Below, one piece after another: positions 9,286-17,602 of a stretch of DNA of 52,751 nt; the stretch's first letter is position 1; every line of letters begins with the position of its first letter. The notes under the pieces were generated by a model, which worked only from the letters and a program-made list of their open reading frames with translations, was not told the origin of the DNA and ran no database searches. Origin of the DNA: Gammaproteobacteria bacterium (GTDB lineage: Bacteria > Pseudomonadota > Gammaproteobacteria > Arenicellales > UBA868); NCBI GenBank assembly GCA_011523045.1, contig WTHR01000187.1, forward strand, positions 1 to 52,751. Direction: 5' to 3'. The translations under genes and the position numbers were made by a program.

Positions 9286-10254
9286 TTGAAGATTTTATTT
9301 GCAGACAAGTTTCCGAAGACCCAGTTGCAGCAACTGCAGGATCAGGGTCACGAGTGCGATCTACAACCTGATCTTGATGGCGACACTTTGTCTCAGGCAG
9401 TGAATGATGCGGAGGTACTGGTTGTCCGTAGCACGAAGATTACGTCTGAAACCATCGGCGCCGCGGCCTCTTTGCGATTGATTATCCGCGCGGGTGCAGG
9501 AACGAACACCATCGATAAGGATGCAGCGGCAGATAGGGGTATTCCGGTCTGCAATATACCGGGGAAGAATGCAGTCGCCGTCGCTGAATTGACCATGGGT
9601 CTGCTGATCGCCATTGACCGGAGGATTCCGGAGAATGTCATCGACCTGAGAGCGGGCCGCTGGAATAAGAAAAAGTATTCAGTCGCCCAGGGGCTCATGG
9701 GTCGTCACATGGGGATTATCGGACTCGGCGCCATTGGACTTGCAGTGGCAGAACGGGCAAGAGCGTTTGGAATCCATGTCTATGTAGTGGATAAGCCCGA
9801 TCGAAGCGCGCAGACTCGAGAGACTCTGGCAAATCTCGGTCTCCAAACTGTTCCCGACCTGGATGCGATGCTGGGAACCTGCGACATCATCAGCTTGCAC
9901 GTCCCGAGTGCCGCTGGGACCAAGGGCATGGTGGATGCGGAATTCCTCGATAAACTTCAGCCGGGCGCCATTCTGATCAACGCCTCCCGGGGTGACGTCA
10001 TTGATGAGGTGGCACTGCTTGCGGCCATGAATGACAAGGGAATCCGCGCGGGATTGGATGTTTATGCTGATGAGCCCTCCGCAGGAGAGGGTGCGTTCTC
10101 ATCTGATCTGGCAGGTCACCCCAACACGTGTGGGACACACCACATTGGTGCGTCCACAGATCAAGCACAAAACGCGGTATCCGACGGCGTTCTGGACGTC
10201 ATTGATGCGTTTGCGGGTGGTACCGTCATGAACTGTGTGAACGGCCAGGGCTGA
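9286..10254 (+). CDS. serA: D-3-phosphoglycerate dehydrogenase (short form, no ACT domain)
   Basis: LVVRSTK, IIRAGAGTNTID, GIIGLGAIG, INASRG, HIGAST; adjacent to serC; TTG start with GGAG upstream. Confidence 0.82.
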   Translation: MKILFADKFPKTQLQQLQDQGHECDLQPDLDGDTLSQAVNDAEVLVVRSTKITSETIGAAASLRLIIRAGAGTNTIDKDAAADRGIPVCNIPGKNAVAVAELTMGLLIAIDRRIPENVIDLRAGRWNKKKYSVAQGLMGRHMGIIGLGAIGLAVAERARAFGIHVYVVDKPDRSAQTRETLANLGLQTVPDLDAMLGTCDIISLHVPSAAGTKGMVDAEFLDKLQPGAILINASRGDVIDEVALLAAMNDKGIRAGLDVYADEPSAGEGAFSSDLAGHPNTCGTHHIGASTDQAQNAVSDGVLDVIDAFAGGTVMNCVNGQG

Positions 10255-10293
10255 ATCGATCCGCATACCGGGATCAATCCCCGAAACCCTGCC

Positions 10294-10372
10294 AGAGAAG
10301 CAAACGAAAAGAGCAACAGAGAAATAAGTAGATAAATAGTAAATAGGTAAATAGAGAGAAGAGATAGATAAG
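10294..10372 (+). repeat. Purine-rich spacer containing TAAATAG x3
   Basis: TAAATAG at 10333, 10340 and 10348; no C between 10319 and 10372. Confidence 0.75.
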
Positions 10373-10374
10373 CC

Positions 10375-11463
10375 ATGACTGAGAGAGTGCACAATTTCAG
10401 CGCGGGACCATGTACCCTGCCGCTGTCCGTTTTGGAAGAGGGCCAGGCTGAGTTCGTGGATTACCACGGTGCCGGTATGTCTTTGATCGAGATGAGCCAC
10501 CGTGGCAAGCATTTTGTCGCTGTCCATGAAGAGGCCATCGATCTTGTCCGGACAGTCTATGGCGTGCCTGATGAGTTTGATGTGCTGTTCTTGCAGGGCG
10601 GGGCAACCCTGCAATTCGCCATGGTGCCGATGAATCTGTTGAAGAGTGGTGAGAGGGGCGCTTATGTGAATTCCGGAACCTGGGCAAAAGGGGCGATCGC
10701 CGATGCCCAGCATTATGGAGATGTCTATACCGCCTGGGATGGGACAGACTGTAACTTCACTCGGATGCCCAATACGGGCGAAATCGAGATTCAGTCAGGC
10801 ACGCGGTACCTGCACCTGACGTCTAATGAGACCATCGGGGGAATCCGGTTCGGCGACTGGCCGAAAGTGGACGTTCCTCTGGTTGGCGATATGTCCTCGG
10901 ACTATATGTCGCGCCCGGTGCCCTGGGATCGTTTCGATCTGGTTTATGGCGGCGCGCAGAAGAACCTCGGCCCTGCAGGAATGGCGTTAGTCATCATTAG
11001 AAAAACAGTGGCTCGGGAAAACAATCAGAACATCGGCCGGTATCTTCGTTACGACATCCAGGCTGATAAAGATTCCATGTTCAATACCCCGCCGGTGTTT
11101 CCGATCTATATGCTCGGCAAAGTGCTCAAATGGATGCGTGATCAAGGCGGTGTAGAGGCGATGGAGCGCCAGGCAGAGGACAAGGCAGGCATCCTTTACC
11201 GCGCGATTGACGACAGCGGCGGTTATTACCGTTGTCCGGTCGATGTGGATTCACGATCGGTGATGAACGTCGTTTTCCGACTGCCTTCTGAGGACCTCGA
11301 AAAGACTTTTCTCTCGGGTGCGGACGCAGCGGGTCTGCTGAATCTGAAAGGGCACCGCAGCGTTGGGGGTATTCGCGCGAGCATCTACAATGCCATGCCC
11401 AAAGAAGGGGTGCAGGCGCTCGCCAGTTTCATGTCGGATTTTCAAGGCGCTCACCCTGCTTGA
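10375..11463 (+). CDS. serC: Phosphoserine aminotransferase
   Basis: HNFSAGP, EMSHRG, LQGGATLQF, DMSS, YGGAQKNLGPAG (PLP lysine), GHRSVGGIRASIYNA. Confidence 0.97.
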   Translation: MTERVHNFSAGPCTLPLSVLEEGQAEFVDYHGAGMSLIEMSHRGKHFVAVHEEAIDLVRTVYGVPDEFDVLFLQGGATLQFAMVPMNLLKSGERGAYVNSGTWAKGAIADAQHYGDVYTAWDGTDCNFTRMPNTGEIEIQSGTRYLHLTSNETIGGIRFGDWPKVDVPLVGDMSSDYMSRPVPWDRFDLVYGGAQKNLGPAGMALVIIRKTVARENNQNIGRYLRYDIQADKDSMFNTPPVFPIYMLGKVLKWMRDQGGVEAMERQAEDKAGILYRAIDDSGGYYRCPVDVDSRSVMNVVFRLPSEDLEKTFLSGADAAGLLNLKGHRSVGGIRASIYNAMPKEGVQALASFMSDFQGAHPA

Positions 11464-11490
11464 GCGAGCGGGTACGCTTTTGGAGTTAAT

Positions 11491-12720
11491 GTGACCCAGA
11501 TTCGCGCTTTTCAACCCCGGGTAGTTACCGCCGAACATGCTGGTTCGGTGGTGGGCCCCGCCTATGATTCGATGACGCCCGACGAGCGGCGAGGTTTTCG
11601 AGCGGCGAATCCGCAGAACTATATTAACGTGATGCGGTCAGTCGATGACTTTCCCGTTGGCGAGCGGCCCACAGAAGAGCAATTACTCCAGGAGAATATT
11701 GATCAATTGAGCCAACTCCTGGCAAGCGGCGCTTATCGACAGTGTGACCAGGACTCGATCTTTATTTATCAGTTGAGTGTCGACGGTCACAGTCAGACCG
11801 GCATCGTTGCCGAAATTCCTGTGGGCGAGTACCGTGATGGTCTGGTGCGAAAACATGAGGAGACGCGCAAGGAACACGAGGAGCGCCTAGGGCACTATCT
11901 TGACTCGGTCGGTGCAACCTCCAGCCCAATCTGTTTAGCCTATGAAGGTACGAACGCGATTGACAGCGTTGTTGAAGAGTTTCTCAATAGTGAGCCGATG
12001 TTGGATTTTCATCTTCCGGACGGCGTCCAACAACGTCTTTGGCAGGTCAGTGATCCGGCGGCGTTGGATAAACTGGTGAGAGGGTTTGCCGATATCCGTT
12101 ACACCTATTTGACGGATGGCCATCATCGTGCGGCTTCAACTCTGCATCATGCCGCCAGCCGCCACGCACAGGGCAAAGGCGACGGTCCATGGGACTACCT
12201 TCTGACAGTGCTGTTCCCTGCGAGCGAGCTACGGGTTCTGCCGTTTAACCGATGTGTGAGAGATCTCGGAGAACTTACCCCACAGACCTTTCTGCAGGAA
12301 CTGGAAAGCGACTTCATTGTCGAAACGATGCCTCATGATCAGGCCGTGTTGCCGTCACGGCAAGGACAGTTTCTCATGCTGATGGAAGGATGTGCAGCAA
12401 CCGTGACTCTTCGATCTCAACCGCAGGATCCCTCGCCGGTCAAAAATCTGGATGTTGCGATCTTGCAGGATCGGATTCTTGCACCCGTACTGGGTATCGA
12501 GGATGCCAGAAAAGATCCCAGACTGGATTATGTGACGGGCGATAGCGGCATCGCAGGTTTGATGCAGCGCGTCCGCGAGGGATGGCAGCTGAGTATCGCC
12601 TGTTATCCCACGTCCATGGGCGAATTGATGGCAGTTGCAGATGCCAGTGAAGTCATGCCGCCCAAATCTACCTGTTTCGATCCCAAACCCCGGTCTGGAC
12701 TGTTCGTTCGAATGTCCTGA
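11491..12720 (+). CDS. DUF1015 family protein
   Basis: HEET, DGHHR, MPPKSTxFxPKxxSGL; conserved serA/serC context. Confidence 0.88.
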   Translation: MTQIRAFQPRVVTAEHAGSVVGPAYDSMTPDERRGFRAANPQNYINVMRSVDDFPVGERPTEEQLLQENIDQLSQLLASGAYRQCDQDSIFIYQLSVDGHSQTGIVAEIPVGEYRDGLVRKHEETRKEHEERLGHYLDSVGATSSPICLAYEGTNAIDSVVEEFLNSEPMLDFHLPDGVQQRLWQVSDPAALDKLVRGFADIRYTYLTDGHHRAASTLHHAASRHAQGKGDGPWDYLLTVLFPASELRVLPFNRCVRDLGELTPQTFLQELESDFIVETMPHDQAVLPSRQGQFLMLMEGCAATVTLRSQPQDPSPVKNLDVAILQDRILAPVLGIEDARKDPRLDYVTGDSGIAGLMQRVREGWQLSIACYPTSMGELMAVADASEVMPPKSTCFDPKPRSGLFVRMS

Positions 12721-12838
12721 CTCCTTGAGTCGGGGTGCTCGGGCGCCCGGATCTCACGCAGCTCGCCGTTTTCGTTAAAATGCTTCCCGTTGTCAGGTTT
12801 GCCTGCGGTTTGAAGCGCAATACGGTTGTTTATTTCCA

Positions 12839-12902
12839 GTGTCGCGATACGATGGTGCTGTGTCGCGGCCGAAACACTGCACGGCAGGATGACCCATAAA
12901 AT
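12839..12902 (+). promoter_or_regulatory. Putative activator-dependent promoter: GTGTCGCG direct repeat (21-bp period) upstream of a TAAAAT -10-like hexamer
   Basis: GTGTCGCG at 12839-12846 and 12860-12867; TAAAAT at 12897-12902; no good -35. Confidence 0.5.
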
Positions 12903-12947
12903 TGGCGACTGACTAGCCAGTGTGAATTCTCTGAGAGCTTTCCCGTT

Positions 12948-13646
12948 ATGACTGAAGAAGAATCTGATGATCTGGATCTGAGCACTCTCTCCGACGAAGA
13001 ACTCGTCGAGCAGATGCACGATGATCTCTATGATGGATTAAAAGAGGAGATCGAAGAGGGCACCAACATCCTTCTAGAGCGAGGCTGGGCGGCGGACAAA
13101 GTACTTGCTGACGCCCTAGTCGAAGGGATGCGCATCGTCGGGATTGATTTTCGGGACGGGATCCTTTTTGTGCCGGAAGTGCTGATGGCGGCCAACGCCA
13201 TGAAGGGCGGTATGGCCATTCTGCGACCCCTGCTCGCCGAGACTGGAGCAGAAACGGTCGGCAAGGTTGTCATCGGTACCGTGAAAGGGGATATCCATGA
13301 CATTGGCAAGAACCTTGTCGGCATGATGCTGGAGGGTGCCGGGTTTGAGGTGTTTGATATCGGCATCAACAACCCTGTGGAAAATTATCTCGAGGCAATC
13401 GAGACGCATAAACCGGATATTCTCGGCATGTCGGCGTTGCTGACCACAACTATGCCCTACATGAAGGTGGTGATCGACACCATGGTTGAGCAGGGTATTC
13501 GGGACGACTTTATTGTCCTCGTTGGCGGGGCGCCGCTGAACGAAGAGTTTGGCCAGGCGATTGGGGCAGACGCCTACTGTCGCGATGCGGCGGTGGCAGT
13601 GGAGACCGCCAAGCAACTTGTTGCGGAGAAACGGGCAGCAGCCTGA
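12948..13646 (+). CDS. Stand-alone corrinoid (B12-binding) protein, MtbC/MttC/MetH-cap type
   Basis: Cap domain (LVEGMRIVG..F...ILFVPEV), DxHxxG motif in GDIHDIGKNLV, SALLTTT, VGGAP. Confidence 0.95.
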   Translation: MTEEESDDLDLSTLSDEELVEQMHDDLYDGLKEEIEEGTNILLERGWAADKVLADALVEGMRIVGIDFRDGILFVPEVLMAANAMKGGMAILRPLLAETGAETVGKVVIGTVKGDIHDIGKNLVGMMLEGAGFEVFDIGINNPVENYLEAIETHKPDILGMSALLTTTMPYMKVVIDTMVEQGIRDDFIVLVGGAPLNEEFGQAIGADAYCRDAAVAVETAKQLVAEKRAAA

Positions 13647-13761
13647 TCCAACGAGCGCGGTGATTCACTCGGTTGGGATCTTTATCGCCTGAGCCTGGAT
13701 CTGGAGCAAACCGCTCTTGCTTAGCGTATCCTGCGCTACGTTTTCGCGATGAGGCTTCTCC

Positions 13762-14388
13762 ATGATGCCGTCCCGTACGTCTTCTCAAACCAGTCTGGTG
13801 ATTGCATGCGGTGCGCTGGCGCATGAGATCACGACGTTACTCGAAAGGAACGGTTGGCCACACCTGAAAGTGGAGTGTCTGCCGGCGAGTTTGCACAACC
13901 GTCCAGAGCAGATTGCCCCGGCGGTTCGCAAGAAAATCCAGGCGTCCCGCGCAATTTTCAAGTCAATTTTCGTGGCTTATGCGGATTGCGGGACAGGCGG
14001 ACAATTGGACAAAGTGCTGGCGGAAGAAGGTGTAGAAAGATTGCCGGGGGCGCATTGCTATGAGTTTTTCTGGGGCTCTGATGCTTTCCTGACGCGGCAT
14101 GAGAATGAGCCGGGCGTGTTTTACCTTACCGATTTTCTGGCACGACATTTTGAACGACTCGTGATGGAGGAACTTGGCATACGGGCTCACCCGGAATTGA
14201 AAGAGATGTACTTTTCCCACTACACGAAGCTTGTGTACCTGTCACAATCTGATCTGCCGGATGTGCTCACAATGGCGCGTTCGGCCGCCGACACCCTGGA
14301 GCTAGAGTTTGAGCATGTGCGGACGGGCTTCGGTGAGTTGGAGGCAGGTTTGGCAACGTTTGCCAGGGTGTCCCTCCCGGCAAATTAA
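13762..14388 (+). CDS. DUF1638 domain protein
   Basis: VIACGAL, LPASLHNRPE, YADCGTGG, HCYEF, FYLTDFL; typical neighbour of corrinoid genes. Confidence 0.85.
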   Translation: MMPSRTSSQTSLVIACGALAHEITTLLERNGWPHLKVECLPASLHNRPEQIAPAVRKKIQASRAIFKSIFVAYADCGTGGQLDKVLAEEGVERLPGAHCYEFFWGSDAFLTRHENEPGVFYLTDFLARHFERLVMEELGIRAHPELKEMYFSHYTKLVYLSQSDLPDVLTMARSAADTLELEFEHVRTGFGELEAGLATFARVSLPAN

Positions 14389-14441
14389 CCACTGACAGCG
14401 CTTTCTGACTTCAACTTCTGGCAAAAAGAGCGGAGTAAATC

Positions 14442-14768
14442 ATGGCGAAACTCATTACCGTGTTCTGGCGGGACATCCCCTCTCAAGTCATGGCCCGGAA
14501 GGGGCGTGATACGAAAAAAATCCTGTTGAGCGAAAGGTTTCAAGAAGCGATTGACCGGGCAGCCATGCGTGCGGGCAAAGGATCGTCTGATGCGTACATG
14601 AGTGAATGGCGGCGTGAGACCGTCGCCTGTGATGACGGTGATCTTGATGGCGCCGTCCAGGCGAGAGCGCAGGAACTGGAAGCCGGGTTTTCTGAAGAAG
14701 ACCTTCTGGCGCTGATTCGGACCAAGGGCGTTGCAGATGTTGCAGATAATGAGACGACGTCAGAGTAG
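14442..14768 (+). CDS. Small 'virulence factor' (PF13769-like) domain protein, function unknown
   Basis: WRDIPSQV, LSERFQEAIDRAAM, YMSEWR; strong RBS GGAG. Confidence 0.75.
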   Translation: MAKLITVFWRDIPSQVMARKGRDTKKILLSERFQEAIDRAAMRAGKGSSDAYMSEWRRETVACDDGDLDGAVQARAQELEAGFSEEDLLALIRTKGVADVADNETTSE

Positions 14769-14776
14769 ATTCGACG

Positions 14777-15247
14777 ATGTATGCAGTAAGACAATGGTCG
14801 GTACGCAACTCTCGGAAACTCGAGTGGCTCTATCAGTGTTTTGAGGGAATCCTGATTGCCTTGCATCCTTTCTGGCTGTGGATCGGATATTCACGCATCG
14901 AAAAGCCGATCCGCGCCGTGGAAAAATCCGTAAAGCGCGTGATGTTTGACTGCCAGATGTGCGGTTCCTGTGTGCTGAGTCAGACAGGGATGTCCTGTCC
15001 AATGAATTGCCCCAAGGAACTTCGTAACGGGCCCTGTGGTGGGGTCAGGTCTGACGGTTATTGCGAAGTGGATTCAACAATGCGTTGTGTTTGGGTTGAT
15101 GCATGGGAAGGCAGTCAGCGGATGCGAGATCAGACCCGCATCGCCAGGGTGCAGCCTCCGTTGGCGCAGGGACAGCGTGGCCGGTCTTCATGGCTGAGAG
15201 AAGTGCGGAAGAAGCGTGACCAGATTTTCTTCCAGCAGGATACCTAA
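14777..15247 (+). CDS. Methylene-THF reductase C-terminal-like (MetV-like) Cys-rich subunit
   Basis: Eight-Cys array CQMCGSC..CPMNCPK.LRNGPCGG...C...C directly upstream of metF. Confidence 0.85.
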   Translation: MYAVRQWSVRNSRKLEWLYQCFEGILIALHPFWLWIGYSRIEKPIRAVEKSVKRVMFDCQMCGSCVLSQTGMSCPMNCPKELRNGPCGGVRSDGYCEVDSTMRCVWVDAWEGSQRMRDQTRIARVQPPLAQGQRGRSSWLREVRKKRDQIFFQQDT

Positions 15248-15248
15248 C

Positions 15249-16268
15249 ATGCAGTCTGCCGCCAGTGATCCGGGACAACCGCTGCCTATCCTGGAAGGAC
15301 ATGTCTCTGCGGGCCGTCTCGAGCGAGTTCTGCGTAGCGGCAAGTTTGCTGTGACAGCAGAGATTGCACCGCCCGATGCGGCAGACGCCGAGGCCGTTTA
15401 TCAGCGGGCGAGCGTATTCGACGGTTGTGTGGATGCCATCAACGCCACCGATGGATCTGGCGCCAACTGTCACATGTCAAGCGTGGGCGTGTGTTCGCTG
15501 CTCACGCGTAAAGGTTACGCAATGGTGATGCAGGTATCATGTCGCGACCGTAACCGCATTGCGATTCAGGGGGATGTGCTCGGCGCTGCGGCTATGGGTG
15601 TGACCAATATCCTGTGCCTCACCGGCGACGGGGTACAAGCCGGCGATCAACCCGATGCCAAGCCGGTGTTTGACTTCGACTGCATTAGCCTCCTGCAAAC
15701 GGTTACGGCGATGCGCGATGAAGGTCAGTTCTTGAGCGGCCGCAAGTTGACCACACCGCCGCGGGTCTTTCTCGGCGCCGCGGCCAATCCCTTTGGACCA
15801 CCGCTGGATTATCGTCCCATCAGATTGGAGAAAAAGATCAATGCGGGCGCCCAGTTTGTTCAGACACAATACTGTTTTGATTTAGTACGCTTGCGGGAAT
15901 ACATGAGCCGTGTTCGAGACATGGGTCTCACTGAGCGTTGCTATATTCTTATCGGTGTCGGTCCCATGCCTTCTGCGAGAACAGCTGCGTGGATCAGGGA
16001 CAACGTTCCGGGGGTCCATATCCCCGATGCGGTGATCAAGCGTTTGCTGGGGGCCGAGAATCAGAAAGAAGAAGGCGTCCGCATCTGTGTCGAGATGATC
16101 CAGGCAGTTCGGGAGATCGAAGGGGTGCATGGTGTCCATGTCATGGCGTACAAGCAGGAAGAGCGAGTGCGGGATATTGTGGAGGAGTCGGGTGTGCTGG
16201 AAGGGAGAATTCCGTGGTACCCGGGTGTCAGTAACGACCAGCAAGGTCAGCAAAACGAGGACAGTTAA
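15249..16268 (+). CDS. metF: Methylenetetrahydrofolate reductase
   Basis: VTAEIAPP, NATDG, SCRDRNRIAIQ, CLTGD, KKINAGAQFVQTQ, GVHVMA. Start moved to ATG 15249. Confidence 0.92.
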   Translation: MQSAASDPGQPLPILEGHVSAGRLERVLRSGKFAVTAEIAPPDAADAEAVYQRASVFDGCVDAINATDGSGANCHMSSVGVCSLLTRKGYAMVMQVSCRDRNRIAIQGDVLGAAAMGVTNILCLTGDGVQAGDQPDAKPVFDFDCISLLQTVTAMRDEGQFLSGRKLTTPPRVFLGAAANPFGPPLDYRPIRLEKKINAGAQFVQTQYCFDLVRLREYMSRVRDMGLTERCYILIGVGPMPSARTAAWIRDNVPGVHIPDAVIKRLLGAENQKEEGVRICVEMIQAVREIEGVHGVHVMAYKQEERVRDIVEESGVLEGRIPWYPGVSNDQQGQQNEDS

Positions 16269-17174
16269 GTGACGGTAACAGTTGTCAGTTCAGCAACGAA
16301 GGAAGTCAGGATCGGATTCGATCAGCCTTTCTGCGTGATTGGGGAGCGCATCAATCCAACCGGACGAAAGATTCTGGCAGCGGAGATGAAGGAGGGCGAT
16401 TACAGCCGTGTCGAGGCGGATGCACTGGCGCAGGTCGCTGCGGGGGCTCACATGCTCGACGTCAATGCCGGCATTCCGTTGGCTGATGAACCAGCGATTC
16501 TGGCCGACTGCGTAAAACTTGTGCAGTCCCTGACGGATGTCCCGTTATCGATAGATTCTTCCATCGTGGCAGCTCTGGAATCGGGACTGTCGGTTTATCA
16601 GGGAAAGCCTCTGGTCAATTCGGTAACCGGTGAAGAGGAGCGTTTGGAGCAGGTGCTTCCCTTGGTGAAGAAATACAACGCTGCTGTGGTGGCCATCTCC
16701 AACGACGAAACGGGAATCTCAGAAGACCCCGACGAGCGCTTTGCCGTCGCCAAGAAGATCGTCGAGCGTGCGGCAGATCACGGGATTCCGGCTGAGGATG
16801 TCGTCGTGGACCCACTGGTCATGCCGATTGGGGCGCTCAATGATGCCGGGCGTCAGGTAATGCACATTCTTCGCCGGTTGCGCGATGAGCTCAAGGTCAA
16901 CAGCACCTGTGGGGCGTCCAATGTCAGTTTCGGACTGCCCAACCGTAATGGCCTCAACGCTGCGTTTCTCACCATGGCGATGGGGGCAGGGATGACGTCA
17001 GCCATCACAAGCCCGCTGCATGTAGAAGTCATGCAGGCCATCATGGGGGCTGATGTCATGATGGGCCATGATCCCGACTGTCTCCGATGGATCGCGCGTT
17101 TCCGTGAGCCACCGGCCGAAGGTCAAGTGAGTGCGCGAGAGGGTCGGCGCCGAGGTCGCCGGCGGGCAGGATAA
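16269..17174 (+). CDS. Methyltetrahydrofolate:corrinoid methyltransferase (pterin-binding, AcsE/MetH-folate-domain family)
   Basis: IGERINPTGRK, LDVNAG, LSIDSS, LVNSV, VVDPLVMP, GASNVSFGLP. Confidence 0.92.
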   Translation: MTVTVVSSATKEVRIGFDQPFCVIGERINPTGRKILAAEMKEGDYSRVEADALAQVAAGAHMLDVNAGIPLADEPAILADCVKLVQSLTDVPLSIDSSIVAALESGLSVYQGKPLVNSVTGEEERLEQVLPLVKKYNAAVVAISNDETGISEDPDERFAVAKKIVERAADHGIPAEDVVVDPLVMPIGALNDAGRQVMHILRRLRDELKVNSTCGASNVSFGLPNRNGLNAAFLTMAMGAGMTSAITSPLHVEVMQAIMGADVMMGHDPDCLRWIARFREPPAEGQVSAREGRRRGRRRAG

Positions 17175-17575
17175 TGACTGAGGCGTCTGTTTCAGGCGGT
17201 TGCCTGTGCGGCCAGGTCCGATTTACCGTGCAAGGCCCGTTACGCGAAGTTCTGCTGTGTCATTGCAGTCAATGCAGGAAAATGAGCGGCCATTTCTGGG
17301 CCGCCTCATCCGCACCTCGGGAATGTGTCGATATTTACAAAGATACGGGCCTGCAGTGGTTTCAGTCCTCAAAAGAAGCCAAACGGGGATTTTGCAGTCT
17401 TTGCGGGTCCAGCTTGTTCTGGAGTCATACTGCAAAAACAACTTTGTCCTTTGCGGCCGGCGCTTTGGACAGGCCTACCGGGCTGAAAACGGGCGCGCAT
17501 ATCTTCTTCGATGATGCGTCAGACTACTATCGCGTCCATCCGGACGAAAACACCATTGGCGGCAGTTCATACTGA
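17174..17575 (+). CDS. GFA/CENP-V family Zn-binding protein
   Basis: GGCLCG, CHCSQCRK, RGFCSLCGSSL; start overlaps the upstream stop (TAATG). Confidence 0.9.
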   Translation: MTEASVSGGCLCGQVRFTVQGPLREVLLCHCSQCRKMSGHFWAASSAPRECVDIYKDTGLQWFQSSKEAKRGFCSLCGSSLFWSHTAKTTLSFAAGALDRPTGLKTGAHIFFDDASDYYRVHPDENTIGGSSY

Positions 17576-17602
17576 CGCGGTCTCGTCTAAAGAGATTCGG
17601 CT

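Noticed and set aside
10161-10394. 77-aa hydrophobic minus-strand ORF resembling a small membrane protein
   Set aside because: Its Leu/Ile/Phe/Tyr run is simply the complement of the purine tract, and it overlaps both serA and serC antisense.
12721-12947. Cobalamin or SAM riboswitch upstream of the corrinoid operon
   Set aside because: No B12-box or other cobalamin riboswitch core is visible. A short AACCGTATTGC match reminiscent of a SAM-II sequence lies on the wrong strand and lacks the pairing arms.
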